A stretch of 64,000 nucleotides of DNA from Rhodospirillales bacterium (GCA_038143065.1 JAYQLI010000012.1:38076-102075), one strand, 5' to 3'; positions 24,878-35,805 are shown, counted from the first letter of the stretch. Notes: generated from the sequence alone by a model not told the origin. Numbers and translations are program-made.

Positions 24878-25010
24878 CCCATCTTTGTGGTACCACTTAT
24901 TGTATCGAAACATGCTACCCACGCTTTGGAATGAGTTTTACGAAATAGCTACATCGAGTGATCTAAATCTATAGTCCACTCTTGGATCTTGTCACATTTA
25001 TTTGGCTCAT

Positions 25011-25043
25011 ATTGGTACACATCAAGGGATAGGCCATATGTTG
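25011..25043 (+). repeat. 33-nt direct repeat, copy B1 (partner at 27273..27305)
   Basis: ATTGGTACACATCAAGGGATAGGCCATATGTTG versus ATTGGCACACATCAAGAGATAGGTCATGTGTTG gives 29/33 identical positions. Weaker similarity extends about 30 nt upstream. Confidence 0.8.
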
Positions 25044-25117
25044 ACAGACAACTTTATTGATGTGACTAATATTTCAAGCGGTTTAAAAGTTCTGAAAATT
25101 CAAAATACTGAATAGAT

Positions 25118-26953
25118 ATGAAAATTACATTAAGGATAATCATTCTCTTAGGGGTTTTTGCTCATCTGACACCAGCTCTACTTCTGTCTTACACTGATTA
25201 CTCCAGCGAAGACGGATCTGGAAAACAATTTCAACTTCATGATTGATCAACCGCAGAGAATGTGACAGGCGCTTACGACTTGGTTGAAGTCGGATTTCGG
25301 ATTTTGTCACTGAGTTTGGAAAATCAAATGCTTAGTGCCTTTGAGCCTTTTAAGGCTGCATATTTTGAGGTTAATGGTGAGGTTTCTAAAATTGATTTAG
25401 CTGAACTAAAAGAAGAGTTGGGCGATGAAGTTGATTTTGTATATAATAGACGAACATGGTGTCATCATACACAACATTTGAAAAGGATTTAAATCTAGAT
25501 TTCTCAAAAGTTGCACCAGGCTTCAACAAAACTCCAAGAAATAAGAATGATAAAGTCAGTATCAGGTAGTAAGATCATGTCTCCAAATGAGACCATTACT
25601 GGTAATGTTCGCAAATGCCCTGCTGGGCACTCCTGACAAAAAGTATATTCTAGAAAATTGGTATAAAATCATCTCCCAATTTGAGCACCAGATTATTTAA
25701 AGATCTTGATTTATTGAAAATTTCTAGTGACTTTGAACAATTTAATCCAGATCTCAAGTCAGTTATCATTTTTAATGGAAATGGAAAAGTAGCGAATAAA
25801 CCTGATTTTGCTGTTATGAGATCAAAGAAAGTAACATTGTAGATGTTTATGAAAGTGGCGAGCGGCTTGATATTGATAGGGTATTAAAGCTTCTGAAAAA
25901 TGGATTTATGTTAAAGCTGATATTGACGAAGCAGATGGTAGTGCTTCTCAAGGAGATAAAGCAATTGAGTCACTTTTGCACGTCTACACTAAAAAATCAG
26001 CTTAGCGAGCTAGCTTTAAACCAGGCCTTGATCACTGTCTTTCTTCTTCATCGTTATTTGGTGGAATAATGTCGCTGATTTTGGCCAATAGAATTTCAAG
26101 ACCAATTACTGCCATTACAGAAGCTATCGGAGTGATTTCTAAGGGTGAATTGAATATTGAAATCAAAAACAAAGAAAGTCTCGGAAGGAACTATGGATCT
26201 GTCTTAGGATCTCCCACCAAATGAAAGATAGCATCAAAGACAGAATTAACGATATTCAAATCATTAATTCTTCATATGAGCGATTTGTTCCTAAGGAATT
26301 TCCAAAGCACTCTCTTGGAAAAAATCAATAATGGATATGCTCTTGGTGGCGATGGTAGCATCGACAAAGATGCTCCGTTTTATTTTCTGATATGGGACTT
26401 TACAGGCTATCTTCTGAAAACATGTCACCAAAAGAAAACTTGGTTTGAATAATTATTTGGACTCAATGACAATTCTGCCATCAACACAAAATAACGGCTT
26501 TATCGACAAATATATTTGACGCAGTGATGGCTCTTTCCCCTACTTCCGCAGAAGACTCTGTAAAAGCAGCATTGGAAATGAACAAAGAATTAAGAAATTT
26601 TAATTCGGTTAGGGACTGCAGGTGGTAGAGAAACATTTGATCAATATGGGGGTAGGTATTCATATTGGACAATTAGTTCTTGGTACTATTGGCAGAGAGA
26701 CGAGGATGGAAACTACAGTCATAAGCGACTGTTAACGCTTCTGCTAGATTTAAAGTCTAAACAAAGCTGGAACAAATGTTTTGATTTCAGGGATGTGCGA
26801 AATGAACTTTCACTGAAACACAGAAAGCTGCAGGTTAGTGGACAGGACACAAGTTAAAGGTAAATCAGAATTTTTGATGTTTATGAAGTATTGTTCAGAC
26901 GATACAGAATTTTAGAGGCACAATTTTCATCAATCAAAACGCTGAACAAGTAG
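25118..26953 (+). pseudogene. Membrane sensor with HAMP domain and class III adenylate cyclase domain, heavily degraded
   Basis: The start is MKITLRIIILLGVFAHL. A HAMP-like stretch follows (SLILANRISRPITAITEAIGVISKGELNIEIKNKE). Cyclase fragments FVPKEF, GFIDKYI, GIHIGQLVLGTIGRETRMETTVISD, VKGKSE and DVYEVL are scattered over all three frames. Confidence 0.65.
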
Positions 26954-27272
26954 TAACGAACTTTCGATGGATAAAAAGCGGCTGGTGCAGAATTTTCAAA
27001 AAATAAAAATCTGACTTATTTAGATCGTCCTGTAATTTCATACTGACCGTTACGCAAAAGATAGATGACATCGCATTGACACATCTTATCATCTTAGTAT
27101 CGCCTTCTGGAGCCGAAACTTCTAGGAATTAACTTGGAAGAAGGAGAAGACTTTAATTAAAATCAAATTTTGCAGCAAAAATTTTTTGCAGTAGGCCGTA
27201 GCGTTACATAAATGAAATACTCTGGTTTTTCTGTCGTCACCTCTTGACACATCTTCATCACACATTATCCAC

Positions 27273-27305
27273 ATTGGCACACATCAAGAGATAGGTCATG
27301 TGTTG
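27273..27305 (+). repeat. 33-nt direct repeat, copy B2
   Basis: See copy B1. The pair brackets the HAMP-cyclase pseudogene. Confidence 0.8.
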
Positions 27306-27383
27306 TGGAGCTGTCCTCTTCGTGTAGATCTATACGCAGGAATTGACGTAAGTGTCTGATAATGAACACGAAGCGAATTAGAA

Positions 27384-27434
27384 TACTGATATTGTTCTGT
27401 TTTCGTTAACGGATACAGGATCGTAGTTGATGTC
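27384..27434. repeat. Left arm of the 51-bp inverted repeat flanking integrase paralog 2
   Basis: The reverse complement of 27384-27434 matches 28605-28655 at 50 of 51 positions with one 1-nt indel (checked base by base). The arm contains the TTG/ATG start of the integrase ORF at its inner end. Confidence 0.9.
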
Positions 27435-28663
27435 TTTGTTGTTGAATGTGCCTTATACCTATCGCAAAGATGGTATTTATTACTTGCAGCGGTATGTCCC
27501 TGAGGATGTTCGCCAGCATTACAAAACCAATCGGATTTCCTTTTCGCTTAGAACAAAATTAGCACGGGACGCCATGGCTCTAGCTCGCAGTGCCAGTGCA
27601 AAGCTTGAAGCCTATTGGCATTCTCTCAGGCTTGCTTACGGCGAAGTGCCCGCTCAGCACTTAGTTGCTTTGCGAGATCAGGGTCAGCGGGGAGCAGGCA
27701 AGGTGGAGCAGTCTTTGGGTTTAAGCTTGGCTGAGGCTGGTGAGATGTACCTACGGCTCAAAGGTTCAAACAAGCCAAAAGACATTCCACAGCGCTACAG
27801 AGCGGGCCTTGAGTTACGTCGTAAAAGTGATCAGGAATAAACACCTGCACGCAATCTCCCGCAAGGATGCAGCAGCCGTGCGGGATGATCTTGTTGCCAA
27901 AGGCCTTGCTCCATCTTCAGTCACCCGTGTGCTTACGACAATCAAAGCCGTGATCCAATTTGCCATTCAAGAAGAAGGGTCAGAGCTCTCAAATCCATTT
28001 AAGGGCTTGTTCGTGGATAAAGCATAAGGCCAAAGAAACGAATGCCTGTTCCATTGAAAGATTTGCGCAGAGTTCAACAGCAATGCTGGCACGCAGATGA
28101 CGATTTGCGCTGGATCGTAGCAGCCATCAGCGACACGGGTTGTAGAATGGCTGAGATCGTGGGGCTGAGTAAAACTGACATCCAGATTAGATGGCGATAT
28201 TCCCATTTCGATCAGGCCCCGGCCGTAGCGAAGGCTTAAAACGGTTTCAAGTGAGCGGGATATACCGCTGGTTGGATCAGCTCTTTGGGGAATTACTCGT
28301 GCCTACCAATCAACGAATTCAGAAATGTTATTCCCACGCTACAACGATGGAGTTTCTACGAACTCCAATAGTGCAACTGCTTTATCAAAATGGCTCAAGC
28401 AGCAAACTAATCCCGATTGCACGATGCACAGCTTCAGGCATTTATTCCGAGATCGTTTGAGAGCGGTGGAGTGTCCTATCAGACTTACGGATGCACTTGG
28501 TGGTTGGAGTACTGATGGAATTGGGGCAGCTTATGGTCAGGGCTATGGCCTGCAGCAAACAAAAATGGTTGTCTGCTATCGTGTTAAAAACCTGATCAAC
28601 GAACGACATCAACTACGATCCTGTATCCCGTTAACGAAAACAGAACAATATCAGTCCTGTTAG
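27427..28663 (+). pseudogene. Tyrosine recombinase/integrase (paralog 2), frameshifted
   Basis: N-terminal YRKDGIYYLQRYVPEDVR motif. The C-terminus is HSFRHLFRDRLRAVECPIRLTDALGGWSTDGIGAAYGQGYG. Pieces 27427..27840, 27740..28027, 28042..28239 and 28325..28663 lie in different frames. Confidence 0.8.
28605..28655. repeat. Right arm of the 51-bp inverted repeat flanking integrase paralog 2
   Basis: See the left arm. This arm lies at the extreme 3' end of the integrase reading frame. Confidence 0.9.
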
Positions 28664-28883
28664 ATGAATATGGCGCCTGTTGGCGGAGCCACAGTCCTCT
28701 CCTGGGCACCAAAATTCTAGTATAATTTATAATAAAATAAGCAAAAACAGTGGTATAGATTTGAAGTGGACCACTTTTGGGACCGCTTGGAGGACCAGTT
28801 TGTCGAAACTGTTCGCTAAATTGTCAGTGTTAAACCACCAGTTTTACTTGCAACTAGGCAGCTAAGTCTCAAAGCTAACAGCT

Positions 28884-30179
28884 ATGAGTGATGATATGCC
28901 GCTTAAACTCCCACGCTATGTATTCCGCCGTGCCAATGGCAGCTTTCGATATAAACGCAACGTTCCCTTGCATCCTAAGAGCCCTGATTGGAAAGCAACG
29001 CTCTATCGCCAGCTTGGGGATAGCTACAAAGAAGCCATGCAAAACCTGCCGCTGATACATGCTCGAATCGAAGCTCTGCTAGAAGGTGAGAAAGAGAAGT
29101 CAGCACGAGATCGCAGTATTGAGATTATTGGGGTGCGCTGGGCGATGAAGTGGCGGATATGGTACTGGCTAATGCCGTACCTGAGTATTCTGAAATTGAG
29201 GATGCGCTTAATGAGTTGGGTAAGGCTCTGCATAAGCAAAAGCTTCCTTCAGAGATTGTAGAACAGGTTTATTCAGGCAAGTTAAAGCAAGAGGTCATAA
29301 CGCTTGAGTCGGTTCTAAAAGACTACGTTGCCTATAAGTCAGATACACCCAAAAGCAGAAAAGGAAATCAAACAGCGGGTTGAAAGGCTGCGTAAAGACA
29401 TGCAGCACATCTACGGTAAGCAAAAGCTTAAGTATGTCTCGCTTAGTGATATCAGCAGGCAAGATGCCAATGATCTAAGGGATCACCTACTAACCCGTGT
29501 GTCGGCCAATAGCGCTGTTAGAATGCTGGGGGTTGTGAGAACGGCTATTAACCACGCAATCGTGGAGCACAGTCTCAACATCCCGAATGTCTTTACCAAC
29601 CTTCGCATTAAAGGTGCAGGTGCAAGTAACTAGATAGGCTACCGCTGGTGATACTCAGATCGTTCATTTAGAACAGCTTATTCGAATGACACAACAGCCT
29701 GGGCGCTGTTTGTTTGTCTGAGAGATACGGGTTGCAGAGTATCAGAAATAGCAGGCCTGAGGGTCAAAGACTGTGACACTGACAAAGAATGTTTAATCAT
29801 ATCCCCCACCCCTTGGAGAACGCTAAAAACCAATAACTCGCAGCGCTCTGTGCCACTCTCGCCAGAGGCTATTAAAGCGCTCGAGGAAGTATCTCAGGGC
29901 AAAGATCCTGAGGCACCTCTCTTTCCCCGATATGCAAAGGAGCGTGGAGGGGATAACTGCTCAGCCATGCTGATGAAGCGCCTAAGAACCATAATCACAG
30001 ACAAGAAGCTTACGATGCATTCACTACGCCACCGTATGAAGGACAAGCTGAGGAATACAGGCTGCCCGGAGGCCATCTCCATGGCTATACTAGGGCATGG
30101 TTCTAACACGGTCGCTGCGAACTATGGCTCAGGCTATGCCCTAGACGTCATGAGAGAGCATATGGAAAAGGTGTGGTAG
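28884..30179 (+). pseudogene. Tyrosine recombinase/integrase (paralog 3), frameshifted
   Basis: N-terminal YVFRRANGSFRYKRNVP motif. The C-terminus is HSLRHRMKDKLRNTGCPEAISMAILGHGSNTVAANYGSGY. Pieces 28884..29261, 29150..29383, 29328..29633 and 29850..30179 lie in different frames. Confidence 0.8.
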
Positions 30180-30245
30180 TTTCAGAAGCTGTAAGAAAGC
30201 CCTAAAATTGCTGCTGTATTTGAACCTTTGGTTATAATTGGGCTA

Positions 30246-30269
30246 TTTTTTACCTTACTAGGTAAAAAA
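30246..30269. terminator. Bidirectional hairpin TTTTTTACC-ttacta-GGTAAAAAA between convergent integrase 3 and the mipA-like gene
   Basis: A perfect 9-bp stem whose arms supply the T-run on either strand. Confidence 0.45.
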
Positions 30270-30299
30270 TTTGTGGTGATGTTCGCAAAAGCACCAATA

Positions 30300-30944
30300 T
30301 CAGGGGTGATATTGAAAAACGTATTCACAGAGAGGTAAGGTTATTGCCACCGAGCCAGGAGCATATGCCGCCCTGCCCACTACAGCCTCAGATGATTTCA
30401 CGCCAAAAAAGTATTCTGAACGGTTGCTATCATAGTTTTTCGATCCCAGTGAGAATATTACCGGCTGTCCACCAACTGGAATGAACTGACTGAATGCGAG
30501 ATCAACGAGTGTACCATTAAATTCATTGGTGACTTCGCTTGCCATTTTCAGTTTGAGCGTGGAACCCCGAATGATATCTACCGAACCCATGATCACTCCA
30601 TCAAATGTCATTTTGCGATCCATTCCTGAAAGTGTGGTTGAGTCTGAGCTATCATAGGGACGGAAATTGGGAGCGATAGCTGCACTCATATTAAAGGCCT
30701 CATTGTCTATGAATTGATAAGACACACCTTCTCGCAACCCCACTTTCACTTTATCATTCTCATATGCGATCGAGGGCATAAACCGTGAGGTTGAGCCAAC
30801 TCCAGTGTAAATGGAGTTACTATTTATGTAGGCAGCACCGACAGAAAAGTTCGAGGAAGTCTCTGCTAACAAACCACTGCCAAAACAGATCGACACCACA
30901 CCAATCAAACGTAATAACACTTTATCCACACTTTCGTCTCTCAT
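30300..30944 (-). CDS. mipA: MipA/OmpV-family outer-membrane scaffolding protein, possibly C-terminally truncated
   Basis: A 214-aa ORF with a signal-like N-terminus and beta-strand-rich repeats (SVGAAYINSNSIYTGVGSTSRFMPSIAYENDKVKVGLREGVSYQF). The ending ...LPLCEYVFQYHP lacks the usual C-terminal strands. Confidence 0.6.
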   Translation of the reverse strand: MRDESVDKVLLRLIGVVSICFGSGLLAETSSNFSVGAAYINSNSIYTGVGSTSRFMPSIAYENDKVKVGLREGVSYQFIDNEAFNMSAAIAPNFRPYDSSDSTTLSGMDRKMTFDGVIMGSVDIIRGSTLKLKMASEVTNEFNGTLVDLAFSQFIPVGGQPVIFSLGSKNYDSNRSEYFFGVKSSEAVVGRAAYAPGSVAITLPLCEYVFQYHP

Positions 30945-31029
30945 ATGAGTGACGCATAAGTAAGCCGCTAATTAAAAATCCAAGGCCGAGATTTAATTGA
31001 GACTATGCAGATGCATAATCACCATAGTA

Positions 31030-31110
31030 CATGGTTCAAACACAGTCGCTTCAAACTGCGATAAAAACTGTGCACTACATGTCATGCGAGAGCATATGGA
31101 AAAGGTGTGG
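31030..31110 (+). pseudogene. Orphan copy of an integrase 3' end (duplicate of 30096..30176)
   Basis: CATGGTTC.AACAC.GTCGCT and GTCATG.GAGAGCATATGGAAAAGGTGTGG are shared with the 3' end of integrase paralog 3. The middle part diverges. Confidence 0.6.
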
Positions 31111-31469
31111 AGTTAAACTACATAACGGAGCTATACCAGAGTGCCCCAGAGGCGGCACAAGGAGGCACTTAAAGGGCAAGCATAAGATACACTTGGGTAT
31201 CAAAAAGGAAGTTTTTGATCCAAACAAAGTAATAGCATTAGAGAGCAACCCTAAAGACATGTAAAAAATATCCCAAAGCTATGCGAAATAAAGACAGCTC
31301 TAATAGCAGACGATAAAGAATAAATTGTAGTGTAGTTTGTTCTAAGCTGACAGGGTGTTCAGAGACACCCAAACCCTTATGTATTATATATTATATATTA
31401 CGAATTAAGTATTATGACTTACATATTACGTCTTACGAATTAACCCTTACAGCTTACCCTTTAACCCTG

Positions 31470-31500
31470 CCTTAGGAGCTTTTCCTAAGGTGTTTTTTAT
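31470..31500 (+). terminator. Intrinsic terminator-like hairpin CCTTAGGA-gcttt-TCCTAAGG followed by TGTTTTTTATTT
   Basis: A perfect 8-bp stem and T-run lie 30 nt upstream of ORF 31532. No CDS ends just upstream. Confidence 0.55.
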
Positions 31501-31531
31501 TTATGTATTAAGAACAGAAAGATAATTTAGA

Positions 31532-31858
31532 ATGACCAAGTATATTGATCCAAAGCTCTCTCAAGAGACCCTAGAAACCTACCAAGGCTATAGCCTTCAG
31601 GTGTTTACCTCAGGGCGCATTAAGCTCAGCTTTCATAAAAGCCATAAAGACAGAGTTGAGTACTATGCAGTAAAGCCTAAGCGCTCCAGAGAAGCTTATA
31701 AGCGTCAGTATAATCGTAGTGCTTTAACTAAGCCCGAGCATTACCAGTTAATGGAAGAGCTACTGGCTGAACACCCCAACAGCCTCATCTACAAAATGCA
31801 CCTTAAAGGGGATATCAATGCCACGGCTGATAATGCCCATGTGCTTGTAAACAAATAA
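31532..31858 (+). CDS. Hypothetical protein (108 aa), intact
   Basis: The only sizeable uninterrupted ORF in this stretch. I recognise no family. Confidence 0.45.
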   Translation: MTKYIDPKLSQETLETYQGYSLQVFTSGRIKLSFHKSHKDRVEYYAVKPKRSREAYKRQYNRSALTKPEHYQLMEELLAEHPNSLIYKMHLKGDINATADNAHVLVNK

Positions 31859-32202
31859 GGAGCTCCTTCATCTGGTGCTCGATAAGCTAACTCCACCAAT
31901 GGGCAACTACCAACTCAAGTCATAAACGCCTTACTAACAGCAAGTGGTCCTAAGAAAGGACGCAGCGCTATCTTCAATGAGTACATGGCCAGCTATCAGC
32001 ATGACTGGGTGGATATAATCTTCACTGAGCAGGACTACAGAGATGGGTATCGTGACTTAAGAACTAAAACAGCTGCGTTCACACAGCACGACGAAGACGA
32101 CGACTTAAGCTTTTAATTTAAAGCGGCTCACTCGATAAAACTTGATTTGAGTGAGCCATGGTCGCACCCTGAGACAACATTTAATTGAGATAAGTTTGTA
32201 AA

Positions 32203-33583
32203 ATGACAGATAAGAAAGAAAAAACTCCAAAACAAAAAAGCATTTCTGAAAGAGAACGTGCAGAAACAGTTGCCCGGGCAATCTTGGCGCAACAACCCCA
32301 ACTTTCGAAAACAGCGCCACGCAAAGAAAAACTCGCCTGGGACCAAACTCCTACCTTGCCCGGTCAAGTGGGGGATTGGATCGACCAACAACCCGTAGCA
32401 TGTTGATCAATTCCCTCAGTTGGTCGAATGGTCAACACGTACCTGAGCAACTGGAACATATCCTGATGATTATGGCCCAATGGTATGTGCGCAAGGATGG
32501 TAAATATTATGACGTTGAGGAACCAGGGCCAATGTTATCCCGAGACGACGTAGAGCGGGTAATTATTCAAAAGATTAAAGGAAGAATTTCCGGCCAACGC
32601 TTTAAGCAACGATGCTGTAAGTCAACTCCTACAAGTTTTGATTAAGGATCAGTTTGTCGACCCTAGGCGTTCAATCCCAATATGGTCGGGCTTACGTCAA
32701 TCAATGCCTGGTAATACTCGCAAGCTTGCCTTCAAAGGATGGTCGCCACGATAAACACATGGAAAGCTCCAGAGTATCGCTCGTTGAATATCAACAAACC
32801 AAGCTGGGGACCCTTCGAGAAGTATATGGAGGTAACGTTTCCCAGACCCAAAGAACGAGAAATGCTGCTCAACTGGCTTGCCTGGTGCCTACAAAACGAA
32901 GGGGACAAACCTGGCTGGGCACCTTTCCTCTATTTCTCAACAAAGGGATCTGGAAAAAGTACTTTTGCAAAGATTGCAGGGTTGCTGTTTGGAACTCAAA
33001 ACACAGCAACAGAAAAATAATATCAATAAACTGGTTTCTAGGTTCAATGCACCAATCCTAGAAAGAAGCTGGTCGTCTGTGAAGAGCTTTACGTACCCCA
33101 GGGTCAGACAAAGCAAATGCAATCAAAACCTTCATAACTGAAAAAGAAACAGTAGCTGAACATAAGTACCAAGCAGTTCAGCAAGTAGAACAAGTTTGCG
33201 CGTTTATCTTTATAACCAATCACAAACCCATCTGGCTCGAAGAAGATGATAGGCGTTTTTATGTCATAGAAGTCGACCATGATGGTCACAGATGGGGGCC
33301 AAATGGTGAAGCATATTCAAAACAAGTCGCATCCCTGATGGATTACCTCCAAGACAATACTAACCTGGCCAAACTCTACGGGGCGCTTATGCAACATGAT
33401 ATTCCCGTTGAGTTTGATGCTCCTCGCTTGATGTCCTTGGATCCTCCACGAGTGTAATGCAAAGAGATACGGCAGGCTTCAGGGGATATTGGACGCCAGA
33501 TTGTTAAGGAGTGGCTAGATGGAAACGGTGTAGTAGCCATAAACAATGTTGGAATTAAGGCTCTAGTCAAGGAAACTACATAA
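32203..33583 (+). pseudogene. P4/D5-like primase-helicase (P-loop NTPase) of integrated elements, multiple frameshifts
   Basis: FPRPKEREMLLNWLAWCLQNEGDKPGWAPFLYFSTKGSGKSTFAKIAGLLFG (Walker A) lies in 32739..33020. It is followed in other frames by LVVCEELY...AFIFITNHKPIWLEEDDRRFYVIEVDH. Remnants probably continue to about 33990. Confidence 0.6.
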
Positions 33584-33998
33584 GTAAGGCCAGCGCGATG
33601 AAATATACTGAGCGATCTAGGCTGGACCCAGGTACAAGCAAAATATGACGGTAAAGATTACCAAAAGTCCATCTGGCTAAGAGAAGGATATACCTTGAAG
33701 GCGGGAGTCCTGCATCACGCAGACGGTTGGTCTCGAGACACTGAAGAAGGCGAGCATCATTTCGATGACCGAATGGTTTCCGACGTATTCCGGGTCTATA
33801 GCCGTCGTGATTTGTTTGGGAAGGGATTGAGCTTGATGATAAAGATGCTGGCTTCTGAACTGGAGCGAATTCGAGCGCGCCACAAAGTGTATATGCGAGA
33901 GCGTATGCAGGTATTGATAAGCGATGCTCAATATCTCTGGTGGGATTGGGTGTTCGTCAATCGTTTCGAAGAGGCTCTTAAAGAAATATGAAGAGCTC

Positions 33999-34278
33999 AT
34001 GACAAAGCGCGTGAAGATGACCCACAACGAATGCATGAATGCAAAAACAATCAAACGTATGAGTATTCGCTTCGAAGAAAAGGATATCCTAGCCCATCGC
34101 TTCACATATGCGGTTGCCACGGTACCCATTAAGCCGTGTAGATCTCATACGTCATGAGTGTAACAACGCACTTTGTATCAATCCGCGCCACCTCATGACG
34201 GGGGATCATCAAGAGAACTTCGATGACTTCATTGCTGAGCAAGCTTATGGAACACGCTGGAAGATGCTAAAAAATTGA
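33999..34278 (+). pseudogene. HNH endonuclease, one frameshift
   Basis: AHRFTYAVATVPI (frame of 33924..34157) is followed by IRHECNNALCINPRHLMTGDHQENFDD in another frame. C-x-N-x2-C-x-NP-x-HL is the HNH signature. Confidence 0.55.
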
Positions 34279-35805
34279 AGCACCCACTATAAACAAAAAT
34301 ACTACTCACCCTTTCACCCTAACGCACTATAGTTGGCTATTACGCTTTCAAAAATCACCCTAGGGTGAATAAAAAACACCCTTACGTAAAAATATTGCGA
34401 TAAAAATAAGAAAAGGTGAAAGGGAGAGTTGCTAAATTAAACTCTTAGACCTTCCACTATTCCGCCCCTGCCGAAAGTCTTCGCAGGGGTATTTACAGAT
34501 CGCGTCGGGTAAACTTAATGCAGTCCACCACTTTTTGACTTTATTGCTTAATTCTGTAATATTACCTGAGGTACTATCCCACGTGTTTGCAGTGCCTTCC
34601 TTAGTTGGACCACATTTCTGACCAAGTGACATCTGGAACTTCAAGTTGTTGTAGTTCTGACCAACTTGGAGTTGCTTCTTTGCTGCTTCCCAAGCTTTTC
34701 GGAGAAGCCTTTAGCTGCGACGTATTTCCTCTTTGGGAGGCACTTGATTGAACAAACTTCAAGCTCTTCATCGCTTTGCATAAAGTCAGGATTAAAAGCG
34801 CGCTTTTAGTGCACTCATATCTTTTAAAGTTGCGCATAGATCATAAGATTTCTAAAGCGGTCACGCCTACAATGACTGCCGTTCCCAAATATGGGATTGC
34901 CTCTGCTGGCATCGACGTCACCTCACGCCTTGCGGTTTTCAACTGCTCTTTTCCCAATTACATCCGCAGTTTCATCAACTGCTGTTTTGAATGCAACCTT
35001 CTTCCCTTTAAATGGAATAACACCCATTCCAAAATCCCGTACTTGCGATTTTAATTGGCGATTTGTAACTCGAAAAAGTTGCCAATTCAGCAGCTGCTCA
35101 GTGACTTGACTCCTCCAATTCACGTTTTAACTGTCTCTCTGTGATGAGATCAGCAGATAATTCACGGGTCTCTTTTTGAAGTTTCCGGTTGGTAATACGA
35201 GTATCTGCTAGATCTGCACTAGTATCTCTCAATTGCCCTTTAATTTCTCGTTTAGCGTTGCGCTCTAATACAATTTCTTCACCAAGCCCCGCTATCTCTG
35301 CCTTGTTCCGCGAGGCGATTGTTTGGATTCCCGTTAAGGCTTCAAATCCATTGTTTACAATAGAAAATAATGATCCCCCAAGGAATAAAACTATGTTTTA
35401 AAGCAAGCGAAATCAATAAAACTGCCGTAATTATTATTGTCTTAAGGTTCAAAAAATTCGCCACAAAAATCTAAAAATTTTATACATTTATTGCCTCCTA
35501 GAAAGTCAGTTTAAGAGTACAAGCTTCTGGAAAGAACTTCATATAATACTATTTCATCAACTTGGTTTATTGACAACCTGCAATCACAGAGTAATTGTCA
35601 GTCCACAAAATATTCTGGTTGGGTGAAATGAGATTAACTGCTTCTTTACCTTCAAGTTATTCTCTCGAGGTGCCCAAAAAGTGGTAACGACCACTGCCGA
35701 GGTCGTGTCTAAAAACCCAGAGGCAGCTTCGTTAACAGAAACAGTAATTAAAGGGTCACCAATTATGCACATGTTGGTGAGCGTTTAATTCACTTTCACT
35801 TAATT

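Noticed and set aside
27427-31110. Recombinase-in-trio (RIT) element, given the tandem tyrosine recombinases
   Set aside because: RIT elements have three distinct recombinases enclosed together by one pair of long inverted repeats. Here the 51-bp repeats enclose only one gene, and the third copy is only an 81-nt remnant.
34432-35460. String of minus-strand ORF fragments (TM start LKTIIITAVLLISLAL, coiled-coil ..NRKLQKETRELSADLITERQLKRELEE, then 34923..35123, 34601..34837, 34432..34644)
   Set aside because: It looks like one larger decayed gene, with at least one break at a G5 run near 35375. It has no recognisable domain, so assigning a function such as a defence or transfer protein would be guesswork.
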